14,643 bases of DNA, from positions 1 to 14,643 of the forward strand of contig WJMJ01000061.1 of NCBI GenBank assembly GCA_014728035.1, given 5' to 3'. Position numbers and translations under genes: made by a program. The notes under the pieces were generated by a model. The model ran no database searches. It saw only the letters and a list, made by a program, of their open reading frames with translations, and was not told the DNA's origin. Below, one piece after another: positions 5,740 through 13,621 of this stretch; the first letter of the stretch is position 1; each line of letters begins with the position of its first letter. This DNA comes from Promethearchaeota archaeon. Lineage in GTDB: Archaea > Asgardarchaeota > Thorarchaeia > Thorarchaeales > Thorarchaeaceae.

Positions 5740-7776
5740 CTAGAACCATGAAATGCTCACCGTTCCGGTTATGGGACCACAACCGCCAGTCCCAGACCAG
5801 TTGTCCGCACCGCTACCATCATATGTGCCTGTGTCACCACAACCAAGGCTCGCATCATTAGGATCCATATAAATGGTTGGCCCCGATCGCCCATCACCAT
5901 AAATAATGGCAACCTGATCGCTGCCTGTATTGAGCTGTATGTATACATATACATCGCCAGTCAACTTTGTATAGACACATACCCCACCCCCTTCGCTATC
6001 AAACGAAAGCGTATGCGTGCCGTTGATAGCGTCCTTCACCCCACACCCATTGTCATCGGATATATTAAACGTCACAGTAACAAAATCATAAGCACAAGTT
6101 GAACAACCACCACCGGGGCCAGATGAACTAGAAGAGGAAATACCTGAAGATGCACTGCTTGTTGGTGCACCTGATGATACACTTGACACACTTGATACAC
6201 TCGAAGTGCTTGATAATGATGATATGGATGAGGATGAGATAGCAGACTGACTACTTGAACTGATCGAACTAGGTGGTATACTAGACGATGTGCTAGATGG
6301 CGTTCCAGATGTACTAGAAGGCACGCCAGATGACGGTCCTGGTGGTGTGCTTGAAGACTGACTACTATTACTGCTAGAACTAGATGAACTGCTCGAACTG
6401 GACGAACTAGATGATGAACTACTCGAACTAGATGATGAGCTACTCGAACTGGATTGGCTACTAGATGATGAACTCACTGCTGACGAGCTAGATGGCGGAG
6501 GTGGCGGAGGTGGGGGTGCAGGCGGCAAATTAGCTGGTAATGGTGCATCAACAGACACATCAGGAGGGCATGCATCGCCAAGGTTGGGACATAAAAAGAA
6601 ATCTTCCTGGCAGCACTGACCATCAGGTCTGGGTTCAATCAATATATCATATGTTGGTGTGGTCGTAGACCAAGACTGTTCATCATGGCTTGATTGCCAT
6701 TCAAATTTCGACTGGTCATATCTGGCGTTGCTAGTACATTGTGAATTAGGTATCCATTGCGCCAATTCCAAATCTGGTGATTCTATTTCTTCATGCTCAT
6801 ATTCATAATTATATAGATCTTTGCATTCTTGCGAAGACACTTTGGTAGATAATATGCGAGAATTGTTAATATCAAAACGCCATGATGACCCACTACGCAA
6901 TCCAGCAACACAATTGTTGGTAGAAATGGGAACTGATAACGTTATGATATCATCATTCAATTTCCTTAGGCTATACAAAGCAGAAGTGCTTTGTTGCAAA
7001 TCATCAATTGATTCTTCCCTAATTTCTAGGAATTGAGATCCATCAATGCCAGCATCACCACCTGGACCTATTTGTCTAGTTTTATAAGTCCAGTTTCCAC
7101 TGAGATCGCCTTCTATCTCAACATATCCATATAATTCACTATCAATAAACGATAATTGATATCCACTAACACCATACCCATCAGCTACCGATACCACATC
7201 AACAATTGATCCATCAACTGAAATATGAAGTTCTATTATTTTATTATCATCTTTAAATATTCTGAGAGATATATCAGTATCTATGGGTGTGTGTACAATT
7301 GAATCGATTTCTATTTCATTGTCAATTATAATAGCCGAATATGTGGATTCATTACTTGCCGGTATTCCATGGATACCATCATCACCAGATAGTCCTTTTA
7401 ATCCGACAGGGCCTTGACATGCTACTCTTAAAAATTTTCTAATAACCGCTTGTCTATCTAATTCTATTCTCAAATTCTTATTGTTATTATTGTGCTCAAT
7501 GCGGAATGAGATAGAATGGTCGTCAGAATAAAAATAATTAAAATATGCATTGCTGTTCGATATTTTTATGCTATTTAAATCATTAGTGTTTAAAGATTGT
7601 ATAAAATCATATAATGCCGACGGCACCAAGCCATCATTGCTTTCATCAACATCCTGGTAAATATCAAGATATCCCAATTCTATCCACGCATCGTTCTCAG
7701 CATCATATCTATGGATAATACCATTATTATCCACAATATCTTGGCCATCAATTGGATTCTTGGGAAACATATTCAT
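5740..7776 (-). CDS. Putative virion fibre/appendage protein with collagen-like triplets, a poly-Pro/poly-Ser linker and a Cys/Gly-rich C-terminal domain
   Basis: N-terminal FPxNPxDGQ..G...RYD...W motif common in phage fibre proteins; GPVGLKGLSGDDGIHGIP and GPGGDAGIDG triplets; about 130-aa Ser-rich linker; small beta-rich tip domain. Confidence 0.6.
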   Translation of the reverse strand: MNMFPKNPIDGQDIVDNNGIIHRYDAENDAWIELGYLDIYQDVDESNDGLVPSALYDFIQSLNTNDLNSIKISNSNAYFNYFYSDDHSISFRIEHNNNNKNLRIELDRQAVIRKFLRVACQGPVGLKGLSGDDGIHGIPASNESTYSAIIIDNEIEIDSIVHTPIDTDISLRIFKDDNKIIELHISVDGSIVDVVSVADGYGVSGYQLSFIDSELYGYVEIEGDLSGNWTYKTRQIGPGGDAGIDGSQFLEIREESIDDLQQSTSALYSLRKLNDDIITLSVPISTNNCVAGLRSGSSWRFDINNSRILSTKVSSQECKDLYNYEYEHEEIESPDLELAQWIPNSQCTSNARYDQSKFEWQSSHDEQSWSTTTPTYDILIEPRPDGQCCQEDFFLCPNLGDACPPDVSVDAPLPANLPPAPPPPPPPPSSSSAVSSSSSSQSSSSSSSSSSSSSSSSSSSSSSSSSSSSNSSQSSSTPPGPSSGVPSSTSGTPSSTSSSIPPSSISSSSQSAISSSSISSLSSTSSVSSVSSVSSGAPTSSASSGISSSSSSGPGGGCSTCAYDFVTVTFNISDDNGCGVKDAINGTHTLSFDSEGGGVCVYTKLTGDVYVYIQLNTGSDQVAIIYGDGRSGPTIYMDPNDASLGCGDTGTYDGSGADNWSGTGGCGPITGTVSISWF
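6115..6545 (-). repeat. Low-complexity poly-Pro/poly-Ser coding tract
   Basis: PPAPPPPPPPPSSSS...SSSSSSGPGG, encoded by mixed AGT/TCA/TCT/TCG/AGC codons (degenerate gaactagatgat units on the + strand). Confidence 0.9.
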
Positions 7777-7807
7777 ATTTTAATATCTTCTTCAATACAT
7801 TTGATAC

Positions 7808-7840
7808 AGATGAGGGCACCAATAATTGGTGCCCTCATCT
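7808..7840. terminator. Perfect intergenic inverted repeat; probable terminator or RNA-stabilising hairpin after the 899-aa gene
   Basis: AGATGAGGGCACCAAT-A-ATTGGTGCCCTCATCT (16-bp arms), 27 nt past the stop at 7868. No clear U-tract on the minus strand. Confidence 0.6.
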
Positions 7841-7867
7841 TATGCTTTTGATGTGCCAATCAATTTT

Positions 7868-10567
7868 CTACTTCATCTTGCGGAAGGGACCCTTGCCAAA
7901 CTTAGGCTTGGTTGATTTTGCAGGTGCTTTAACTGTAGTTGAGGACGGGTTTGACATTTTCTTCACAGACGGTTTCTGATTCTTAGAAGAGCCATCCGCC
8001 CATTTACGAGGTGCATCATCATTTTTATATGAAGACTTGGCAGGATCCATTACGTCATTGTCTTCTATAACTGCTTCCTCATCAGACGTTTTCGATTCTT
8101 CAACTTCTTCCTCGTCCTCTTCCATCTCGACTTCACCAACATCCATTTCTACTTCACCAATATCCATCCCTTCATCAGGTGATTCAATTGGTGGCATGGG
8201 CGGGACATGCTCTTCATCGTCCATGTTGGCAAATACTGCATCAATTGCAGACGAAAGATTATCCTCATCTGACACCACCACTGCGACTTCCTCATTCTTG
8301 GTGGACTTATCCTTGATTAAATCATATACACTAGCCCAGAATTCATTGTCGTCCTTATTGCTATTCACCGCAAACATTACCATGCCACGACCTTCTTCAT
8401 TGGTATTATCAAAGAATTTTGCAACATCGTGCGGTGTAGTTTGATCTTCAAGAGACTTTTGAGTACTAAGATCCATACGCTCTCTAAGATCACCCTTTTC
8501 AACTTTATCAGGCCAATCACCCTCTTCCTTCATAAGTGACTTCTTGGTTGTTGTGGGCCTCGTTCTTTTGCGTGCATTAGTTGGTGATTTGCGCTGGGCT
8601 TCTGATACCGCATTGCCATCGCTTTCTTTATCCTCACAGTGCTCTCCATCTTCACATTCTTCTTCGCCATCTTCGCCATCTTCTGCATCGTCTGAATCAG
8701 ATTCTGAATCATCACCTTCGTTCACCAATGCACCATATTGCTCAGCAATCTCAGCAATATTATCATCATATGAATATGGATCATCAGCACTCTCTTCAAT
8801 ACTGGGCATTAGAGTTCTAAACTGCTCCGCAAGAACGTCTTCATTGAGTGCCTCGCAGCGTGCGATATATCGATCAATGTCTTCTGCCACCTTACCAATA
8901 CCATGCGTGGCAATGTAAACATTAATTGATTCACACCACGTTGAGAATTCTTCCTTCAAAGCATCCTTATCCATACTCTCAACTGGTGTCATTGGTTTGG
9001 ATATATCTTCTGCAGCTGCTAATTCTTCCTCTTCCTCCTCTTCCTCTTCACCACCAAATTCCAAATCTAGATCACTATCTATCTCTTCCTCTTCACCTTC
9101 AGCGCCCTCAATTCCCTCATCACCAAGATCTTCACCACCGGTTTCCAGTTCCCCCAAATCAGGTTCGAGATCTAATCCCGGCTCGCCCAAATCGGGTATG
9201 CCGCCGCCACCGCCACCAAGATCTGGCTCCTCAATATCGCCAACTTCACCCATGCCTTCCTCGCCAGCACCGATTGCATCAAAATCAATTTCTGGTGTGG
9301 CCCCTGCTTGATCAAAACTTCCAAGATCAATGATGGAGCTATCTAGTGAGGCAAGTAACTCAGCTGCTTCAGACATGGCAGAATCATCGGCAGTGTCCTC
9401 ATTGGCCAAACGAGCCATAAGCTCATCAACCTGTAACACTGATTCATCATCACCACCAACTTCGTTCTCCAAAGTATTGCGAATTACGGACAACGAATTT
9501 AGAAATGCCTTTCTCTGAACATCCCTATCTTCAGTCATCACGTCCTGTAGGAATTTCATATAATCATCTTCGAAGTTATTTGCGGTGCGAAGTTTGTCCA
9601 CGCCCTCCAGGATAGGAGCACTACCGGCCATCTTGGCCGTCTTACCCCACGCTTCCAAGATATCATTCTTGTTGACACGCAAGTTACTACGGAATAATGT
9701 CAGAGCGGTGTGCTCACATAATACTGGATTATAATTGTTCTGTGTTGCCAAAGCATTGGAAACCAAATCTCTCATCTCATTTAGATTCAGCATGCAAAAT
9801 TCCTGATATTCACCAAGAAATTTTGCAGATTCGGTCACAGCTTCCTTGAGCTTGTCTTGGGAGACCAGCCCAGCCACATTCTTGCAGAATTTCTGGAAAG
9901 AAGTTGATTGGTATGCAGATTCAGCGACCAACCGCATCTTCTTGGCGATGAGCCGTCTACGATCCATTTCAGTGATGGGCAGTTTAATTTCAGTGCCATC
10001 ATGTAGGCTGGCGGATACAATATTACCATCCTTAACCTCGACCTTATCAGACAGGGCTTCAAGTATGGTGTTGATTATTTTGGCTTTATTATCTTCCGAT
10101 ACAACATCCTCAGCAATATTGATGCGACGTCGCATATTGTCCCTTGTTACCACATAGCCCTCATTAGTGGCTACTGTGGGACGGAAACGGCACATTTCCA
10201 GCTTCTTAAATGCAGATTCCGCTGACTTATCATTCTCTTCAGCTATTGCATCAATCAGATCACAGCATGCATTAGAGAAGACATGGCCCTTCTTCGACTC
10301 CTTGATCTGCACTTTGGAAATATCTGTGAGATGCACTTTGCCATTCTTTTTGGTGCGATCATGCTTGGCCATATAATATGACCCATTATCGACATCCTCA
10401 AATAACAAACTGTTGTTGTGCAAGGAGACTAGCCGATAATTCCGCCCAGCCCGTTCGCCCATCTTGCCAACCAGACCCTCAAACATAGTAATATTACTCT
10501 GGGCACCTTCATTGATGAACTTGATCACTTTACGTGCGTCTAATGTGACGGTTTTACTCATAGCCAT
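7868..10567 (-). CDS. Large acidic protein, putative prohead core/scaffold-like protein
   Basis: 899 aa: helical N-terminal half, very acidic low-complexity D/E/G-rich C-terminal half, basic tail. Many [ILV]-x-E tripeptides of the type cut by gp21-like proteases. AGGAG spacing favours the second ATG (10561). Function is inferred. Confidence 0.55.
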   Translation of the reverse strand: MAMSKTVTLDARKVIKFINEGAQSNITMFEGLVGKMGERAGRNYRLVSLHNNSLLFEDVDNGSYYMAKHDRTKKNGKVHLTDISKVQIKESKKGHVFSNACCDLIDAIAEENDKSAESAFKKLEMCRFRPTVATNEGYVVTRDNMRRRINIAEDVVSEDNKAKIINTILEALSDKVEVKDGNIVSASLHDGTEIKLPITEMDRRRLIAKKMRLVAESAYQSTSFQKFCKNVAGLVSQDKLKEAVTESAKFLGEYQEFCMLNLNEMRDLVSNALATQNNYNPVLCEHTALTLFRSNLRVNKNDILEAWGKTAKMAGSAPILEGVDKLRTANNFEDDYMKFLQDVMTEDRDVQRKAFLNSLSVIRNTLENEVGGDDESVLQVDELMARLANEDTADDSAMSEAAELLASLDSSIIDLGSFDQAGATPEIDFDAIGAGEEGMGEVGDIEEPDLGGGGGGIPDLGEPGLDLEPDLGELETGGEDLGDEGIEGAEGEEEEIDSDLDLEFGGEEEEEEEEELAAAEDISKPMTPVESMDKDALKEEFSTWCESINVYIATHGIGKVAEDIDRYIARCEALNEDVLAEQFRTLMPSIEESADDPYSYDDNIAEIAEQYGALVNEGDDSESDSDDAEDGEDGEEECEDGEHCEDKESDGNAVSEAQRKSPTNARKRTRPTTTKKSLMKEEGDWPDKVEKGDLRERMDLSTQKSLEDQTTPHDVAKFFDNTNEEGRGMVMFAVNSNKDDNEFWASVYDLIKDKSTKNEEVAVVVSDEDNLSSAIDAVFANMDDEEHVPPMPPIESPDEGMDIGEVEMDVGEVEMEEDEEEVEESKTSDEEAVIEDNDVMDPAKSSYKNDDAPRKWADGSSKNQKPSVKKMSNPSSTTVKAPAKSTKPKFGKGPFRKMK

Positions 10568-10596
10568 CTCCTATATTGTCCACCGATAATTCAAAT

Positions 10597-10604
10597 TATA
10601 TTTG
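10597..10604 (-). promoter_or_regulatory. Candidate late-promoter motif CAAATATA upstream of the 899-aa gene
   Basis: Intergenic, about 30 nt upstream of ATG 10567, the same spacing as at the protease gene. Confidence 0.5.
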
Positions 10605-10656
10605 ATTCGAACACAGGATAAAAGGACGATACTATTACTAATATTCATTCGGCATG

Positions 10657-10664
10657 CAAATATA
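10657..10664 (+). promoter_or_regulatory. Candidate late-promoter motif CAAATATA upstream of the plus-strand ORF
   Basis: Oriented with the + strand ORF at 10669 and divergent from the copy at 10597-10604. Confidence 0.4.
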
Positions 10665-10668
10665 AATT

Positions 10669-11031
10669 ATGATAATACCAACAATCGGAATAACCAACCA
10701 TGTAGAAATCATCATTTTGAATTCAATAAGATCAGGATCTGGGAACAGAGTAGAGATGATACCATTTAATTTATTTTCATCGGTGAAATACTTATTGGGA
10801 TATTGTGGACTTAAAACTAGCGACTATGACATATATCAAATAATTGGGTGGGATATTGATAATATCACTGTGCAACCGGCAACCAGAGATACCACAGTAT
10901 TAAGAAAGAACAGATTTGCTTTTATAAACAAGTCGCTCAATCTAGAAGAATCAAACATCGCCACACACATCAAAGAGTTATCACTACCCATGCCTAGTAG
11001 ACAACTGTTTAAAGACAGTTATCTACAGTGA
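10669..11031 (+). CDS. Hypothetical protein (only credible plus-strand gene)
   Basis: 120-aa ORF filling the gap between two minus-strand genes, overlapping the convergent gene by only 9 nt. CAAATATA motif ends 4 nt upstream of the ATG. Confidence 0.6.
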   Translation: MIIPTIGITNHVEIIILNSIRSGSGNRVEMIPFNLFSSVKYLLGYCGLKTSDYDIYQIIGWDIDNITVQPATRDTTVLRKNRFAFINKSLNLEESNIATHIKELSLPMPSRQLFKDSYLQ

Positions 11032-11679
11032 ACATATAATATTTCTTACATTATTAATATGTGCCCTATATGCCAATCCTTCCACGATTGATATTGACAT
11101 ATCCTTGAATGATTCTATGGACACACCAGGCATGAGTGACTGCAATGCACCGCCCATAATTACAGTGTACATGCGCTCAATGTCATGCAGATCATCTAGA
11201 TTGGCACCACGCTTCGAGATAGCTACCAGATGATCTTTTATGGATTTTAGATAACTTCGTATCTCTCTGCCAGCCGACCTATCTAGAGAATCTATCATTT
11301 CAAGTACAGTATGATCAGCATTGCGGGGTTTGGCATATAACATATTAAATGACTGCCATAGCGATCTTAATTGTTTATGTAGCACTGGTACTTTCTCTCT
11401 GGGATTTTCTTGTGATTTCTTTACATTATTATATATTACTGCAATGGATTGTGCATATTCATTTTTGACCCTATTGATTACATATTTCACCGTTTGTATG
11501 TATTTCTGCTCTTGTTTTTTAATATCAACATCAGTTATTTCCTGATGCGGAATATCTGCTGTCTCTGCCCCTGCCAGTTCCCTGTTTTTAAGTTTTTCAC
11601 GTATTCTGTTTATAAGGTTATCTGCTTCCATCATAATTTGGAATTTTCGACTATCATCATTCAGCATTGACAATTTCAT
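11023..11679 (-). CDS. Hypothetical helical protein
   Basis: 218-aa ORF coupled to the upstream gene by an ATGA overlap, with a GGAGG SD. No recognised motif. Confidence 0.75.
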   Translation of the reverse strand: MKLSMLNDDSRKFQIMMEADNLINRIREKLKNRELAGAETADIPHQEITDVDIKKQEQKYIQTVKYVINRVKNEYAQSIAVIYNNVKKSQENPREKVPVLHKQLRSLWQSFNMLYAKPRNADHTVLEMIDSLDRSAGREIRSYLKSIKDHLVAISKRGANLDDLHDIERMYTVIMGGALQSLMPGVSIESFKDMSISIVEGLAYRAHINNVRNIICSL

Positions 11680-12176
11680 GATAAACCTCCGGCAATTTCA
11701 GATAACTCATTGGCATCCATAGTAGTCATTTTATTCATAACTAACGCCAATGCTTTTCTTTTCATATCTGGATCAGAAATGAGTTCATTTACAAATTCAT
11801 CGTGTGGTGTAATTTTGGCGATGGTATCTGCAACCTTCTTGACATCATTTTCTTTGGCCAGTTTAGCAATCATGGCCTCACGTGCAGCTTCAGCTGGATC
11901 TTGTTCGGCAATCTTTTCTATGTCCTCCACATCTTTATCTTCTATATCACCTGTTTCCTGCTGTTCGGCAATAGCAGATGCAACCATGAATCTGTTATCA
12001 CCAATTTGCAATAAATGCAATCCATGGTCTTCCAATATACCGATAGATTCACTTACATTGTCATTAAATGATACTGTTGCATCATCATTAGTTACCATGA
12101 TGCCTTCTGGCAATACTTCATTCATCAACCCAATTGCATCCATTACCACTTCATTTGCTAGAATGCCGATTCTCAT
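11676..12176 (-). CDS. Hypothetical acidic protein, possibly with a degenerate 27-aa module
   Basis: 166-aa ORF with an AAGGTGA SD. Residues 40-66 align without gaps to the module. Confidence 0.75.
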   Translation of the reverse strand: MRIGILANEVVMDAIGLMNEVLPEGIMVTNDDATVSFNDNVSESIGILEDHGLHLLQIGDNRFMVASAIAEQQETGDIEDKDVEDIEKIAEQDPAEAAREAMIAKLAKENDVKKVADTIAKITPHDEFVNELISDPDMKRKALALVMNKMTTMDANELSEIAGGLS

Positions 12177-12186
12177 AAATCACCTT

Positions 12187-13197
12187 TCATGATATAGTCA
12201 ATGTAAATCTGGGACTTACAATTGTTTGACCTTGAGGCATTACCAAAGTCACCTGATAATTATAAGTTCCAATAATAAATCTTGAAGTATCCAAGAAATA
12301 TTTAATAACAAATGGATTTGATCTATAAGTTCCTTGTCTAAGCCCTATTTCCATAGATTCATTATCTACAATGGTTTCCTTATTTTGCGTTTCAATAGTT
12401 ATAGTTGCTAATACATAGGGCAACATAGGTGCGACGAGATTGTAGTCATATGCATATAATGGTAGTGGCATCATACCAACTTCAAGATATCTCTTTTCTC
12501 CAGCCCTAAATTTCACGTCTAATGGTTCGAAACCAAGACGAGGCACAATAAGCCCATCATCAATGAACCAACCATCTGGATACACCCAGAACTTGTTGCA
12601 CTGGCTCAACCATGTTGATTCATCAGTTATGTCTTGGCCACTACCAAGATCATCGGGAACAAAATACCACACATCAAAATAGGCATCTGGTGCTGCCCAA
12701 TCAGATGGCACATCGAATTGCAATTCATAACAACCTGTACGATTTGGGTTGGCAATTGCAGGTAGAGGATAATCAGTGGACCCAGGATCTAGGAATGGTA
12801 TCTCAGCAACTAAATTGGCTTCTTCAACTGCACGTCTATATATCCTAACCATTCTAATCGCATATGGATCTTGAGGTATGCCATTTCTATAAAAACATGC
12901 TGGTAGACATACTGTGCGACCCAGCCTCGCTGAGATCCTACCATTACATGGTTCTTCTGGTGCTTCCGTTCCCTGAAATGCATCTGTGAGTTCTGACTCT
13001 ATACCCTGATCCGTAATAAATCCAAGCTTATACCATTTATCTGGATCACCTTCTGGATAATCAACATATGTTGAATCATTATTAATAGGAGCACTATATA
13101 CCAGACTAAATGTCCCACATTGATCGTCAGCCTCATATACATTTACTCTAATATAATTACCTTCATCCGGCAACGTAAACGGAAGTCTAACAGCCAT
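12187..13197 (-). CDS. Putative virion structural protein (beta-sandwich/FN3-like N-terminus plus Ig-like domains)
   Basis: 336 aa, beta-rich. N-terminal VYEAD..GTFSLV..TYVD......WYKL...ESELTDA pattern resembles FN3-like modules of phage structural proteins. GGGGA SD upstream. Confidence 0.5.
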   Translation of the reverse strand: MAVRLPFTLPDEGNYIRVNVYEADDQCGTFSLVYSAPINNDSTYVDYPEGDPDKWYKLGFITDQGIESELTDAFQGTEAPEEPCNGRISARLGRTVCLPACFYRNGIPQDPYAIRMVRIYRRAVEEANLVAEIPFLDPGSTDYPLPAIANPNRTGCYELQFDVPSDWAAPDAYFDVWYFVPDDLGSGQDITDESTWLSQCNKFWVYPDGWFIDDGLIVPRLGFEPLDVKFRAGEKRYLEVGMMPLPLYAYDYNLVAPMLPYVLATITIETQNKETIVDNESMEIGLRQGTYRSNPFVIKYFLDTSRFIIGTYNYQVTLVMPQGQTIVSPRFTLTIS

Positions 13198-13381
13198 GTC
13201 GTTCCCCTAATTTGGTGCGCTCAATAATTTTCATATTAGCACGAGATATTGCTTCAAGCATCTCATCAACAATATCTTTGGCCCTCTGGCGTGCATTATT
13301 ACTATGAAGTTCACCATGCTCAATCCAAACCATTTCCAAATGCCAGTATAATCTTTCCTTCATGCGCTTATCAATACACAT
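13187..13381 (-). CDS. Small hypothetical protein
   Basis: 64 aa; GGGG SD inside a hairpin arm; 3' end overlaps the start of the next gene. Confidence 0.65.
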   Translation of the reverse strand: MCIDKRMKERLYWHLEMVWIEHGELHSNNARQRAKDIVDEMLEAISRANMKIIERTKLGERHGC

Positions 13382-13422
13382 AATCTTACCCCATAGTATA
13401 TTTGCACTATGGGGTAAGATTA
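13381..13422. promoter_or_regulatory. 17-bp perfect hairpin with a promoter-like motif in the loop and the SD/start of the 64-aa gene in one arm
   Basis: TAATCTTACCCCATAGT-ATATTTGC-ACTATGGGGTAAGATTA on the + strand, followed by T6 on +. Confidence 0.7.
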
Positions 13423-13599
13423 TTTTTTGCTTGGCATGGTGGCAGGCAACTGGGGCGGGTCATTGGAATTAGATTTGGATTCTTTGTTCTCCCTCTCGCG
13501 TTGCTCATTCAGGAGATTAATCCACATCTGTCTGTCTTCACCGGTCAGAAGGTCTTGTTCGAATAGATTCAGATTACAATGATACTTAAGTTCGAACAT
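13420..13599 (-). CDS. T4-like gp51-type baseplate hub assembly / tail chaperone C-terminal ORF
   Basis: Not in the track (59 aa from ATG 13599). The frame reads ...NSYKYIVKQMFELKYHCNLNLFEQDLLTGEDRQMWINLLNEQRERENK..., matching the Y...F.L..H...S..E...[LM]...[ED]R..[YW]..LL....EN pattern of the small ORF that follows gp26-like genes. The frame is open upstream to 13686. Confidence 0.75.
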   Translation of the reverse strand: MFELKYHCNLNLFEQDLLTGEDRQMWINLLNEQRERENKESKSNSNDPPQLPATMPSKK

Positions 13600-13621
13600 T
13601 TGCTTGACTATATATTTATAG

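Noticed and set aside
6115-6500. Ser-tract repeats as a CRISPR array or non-coding tandem repeat
   Set aside because: There is no repeat-spacer structure; the units are degenerate in-frame Ser codons.
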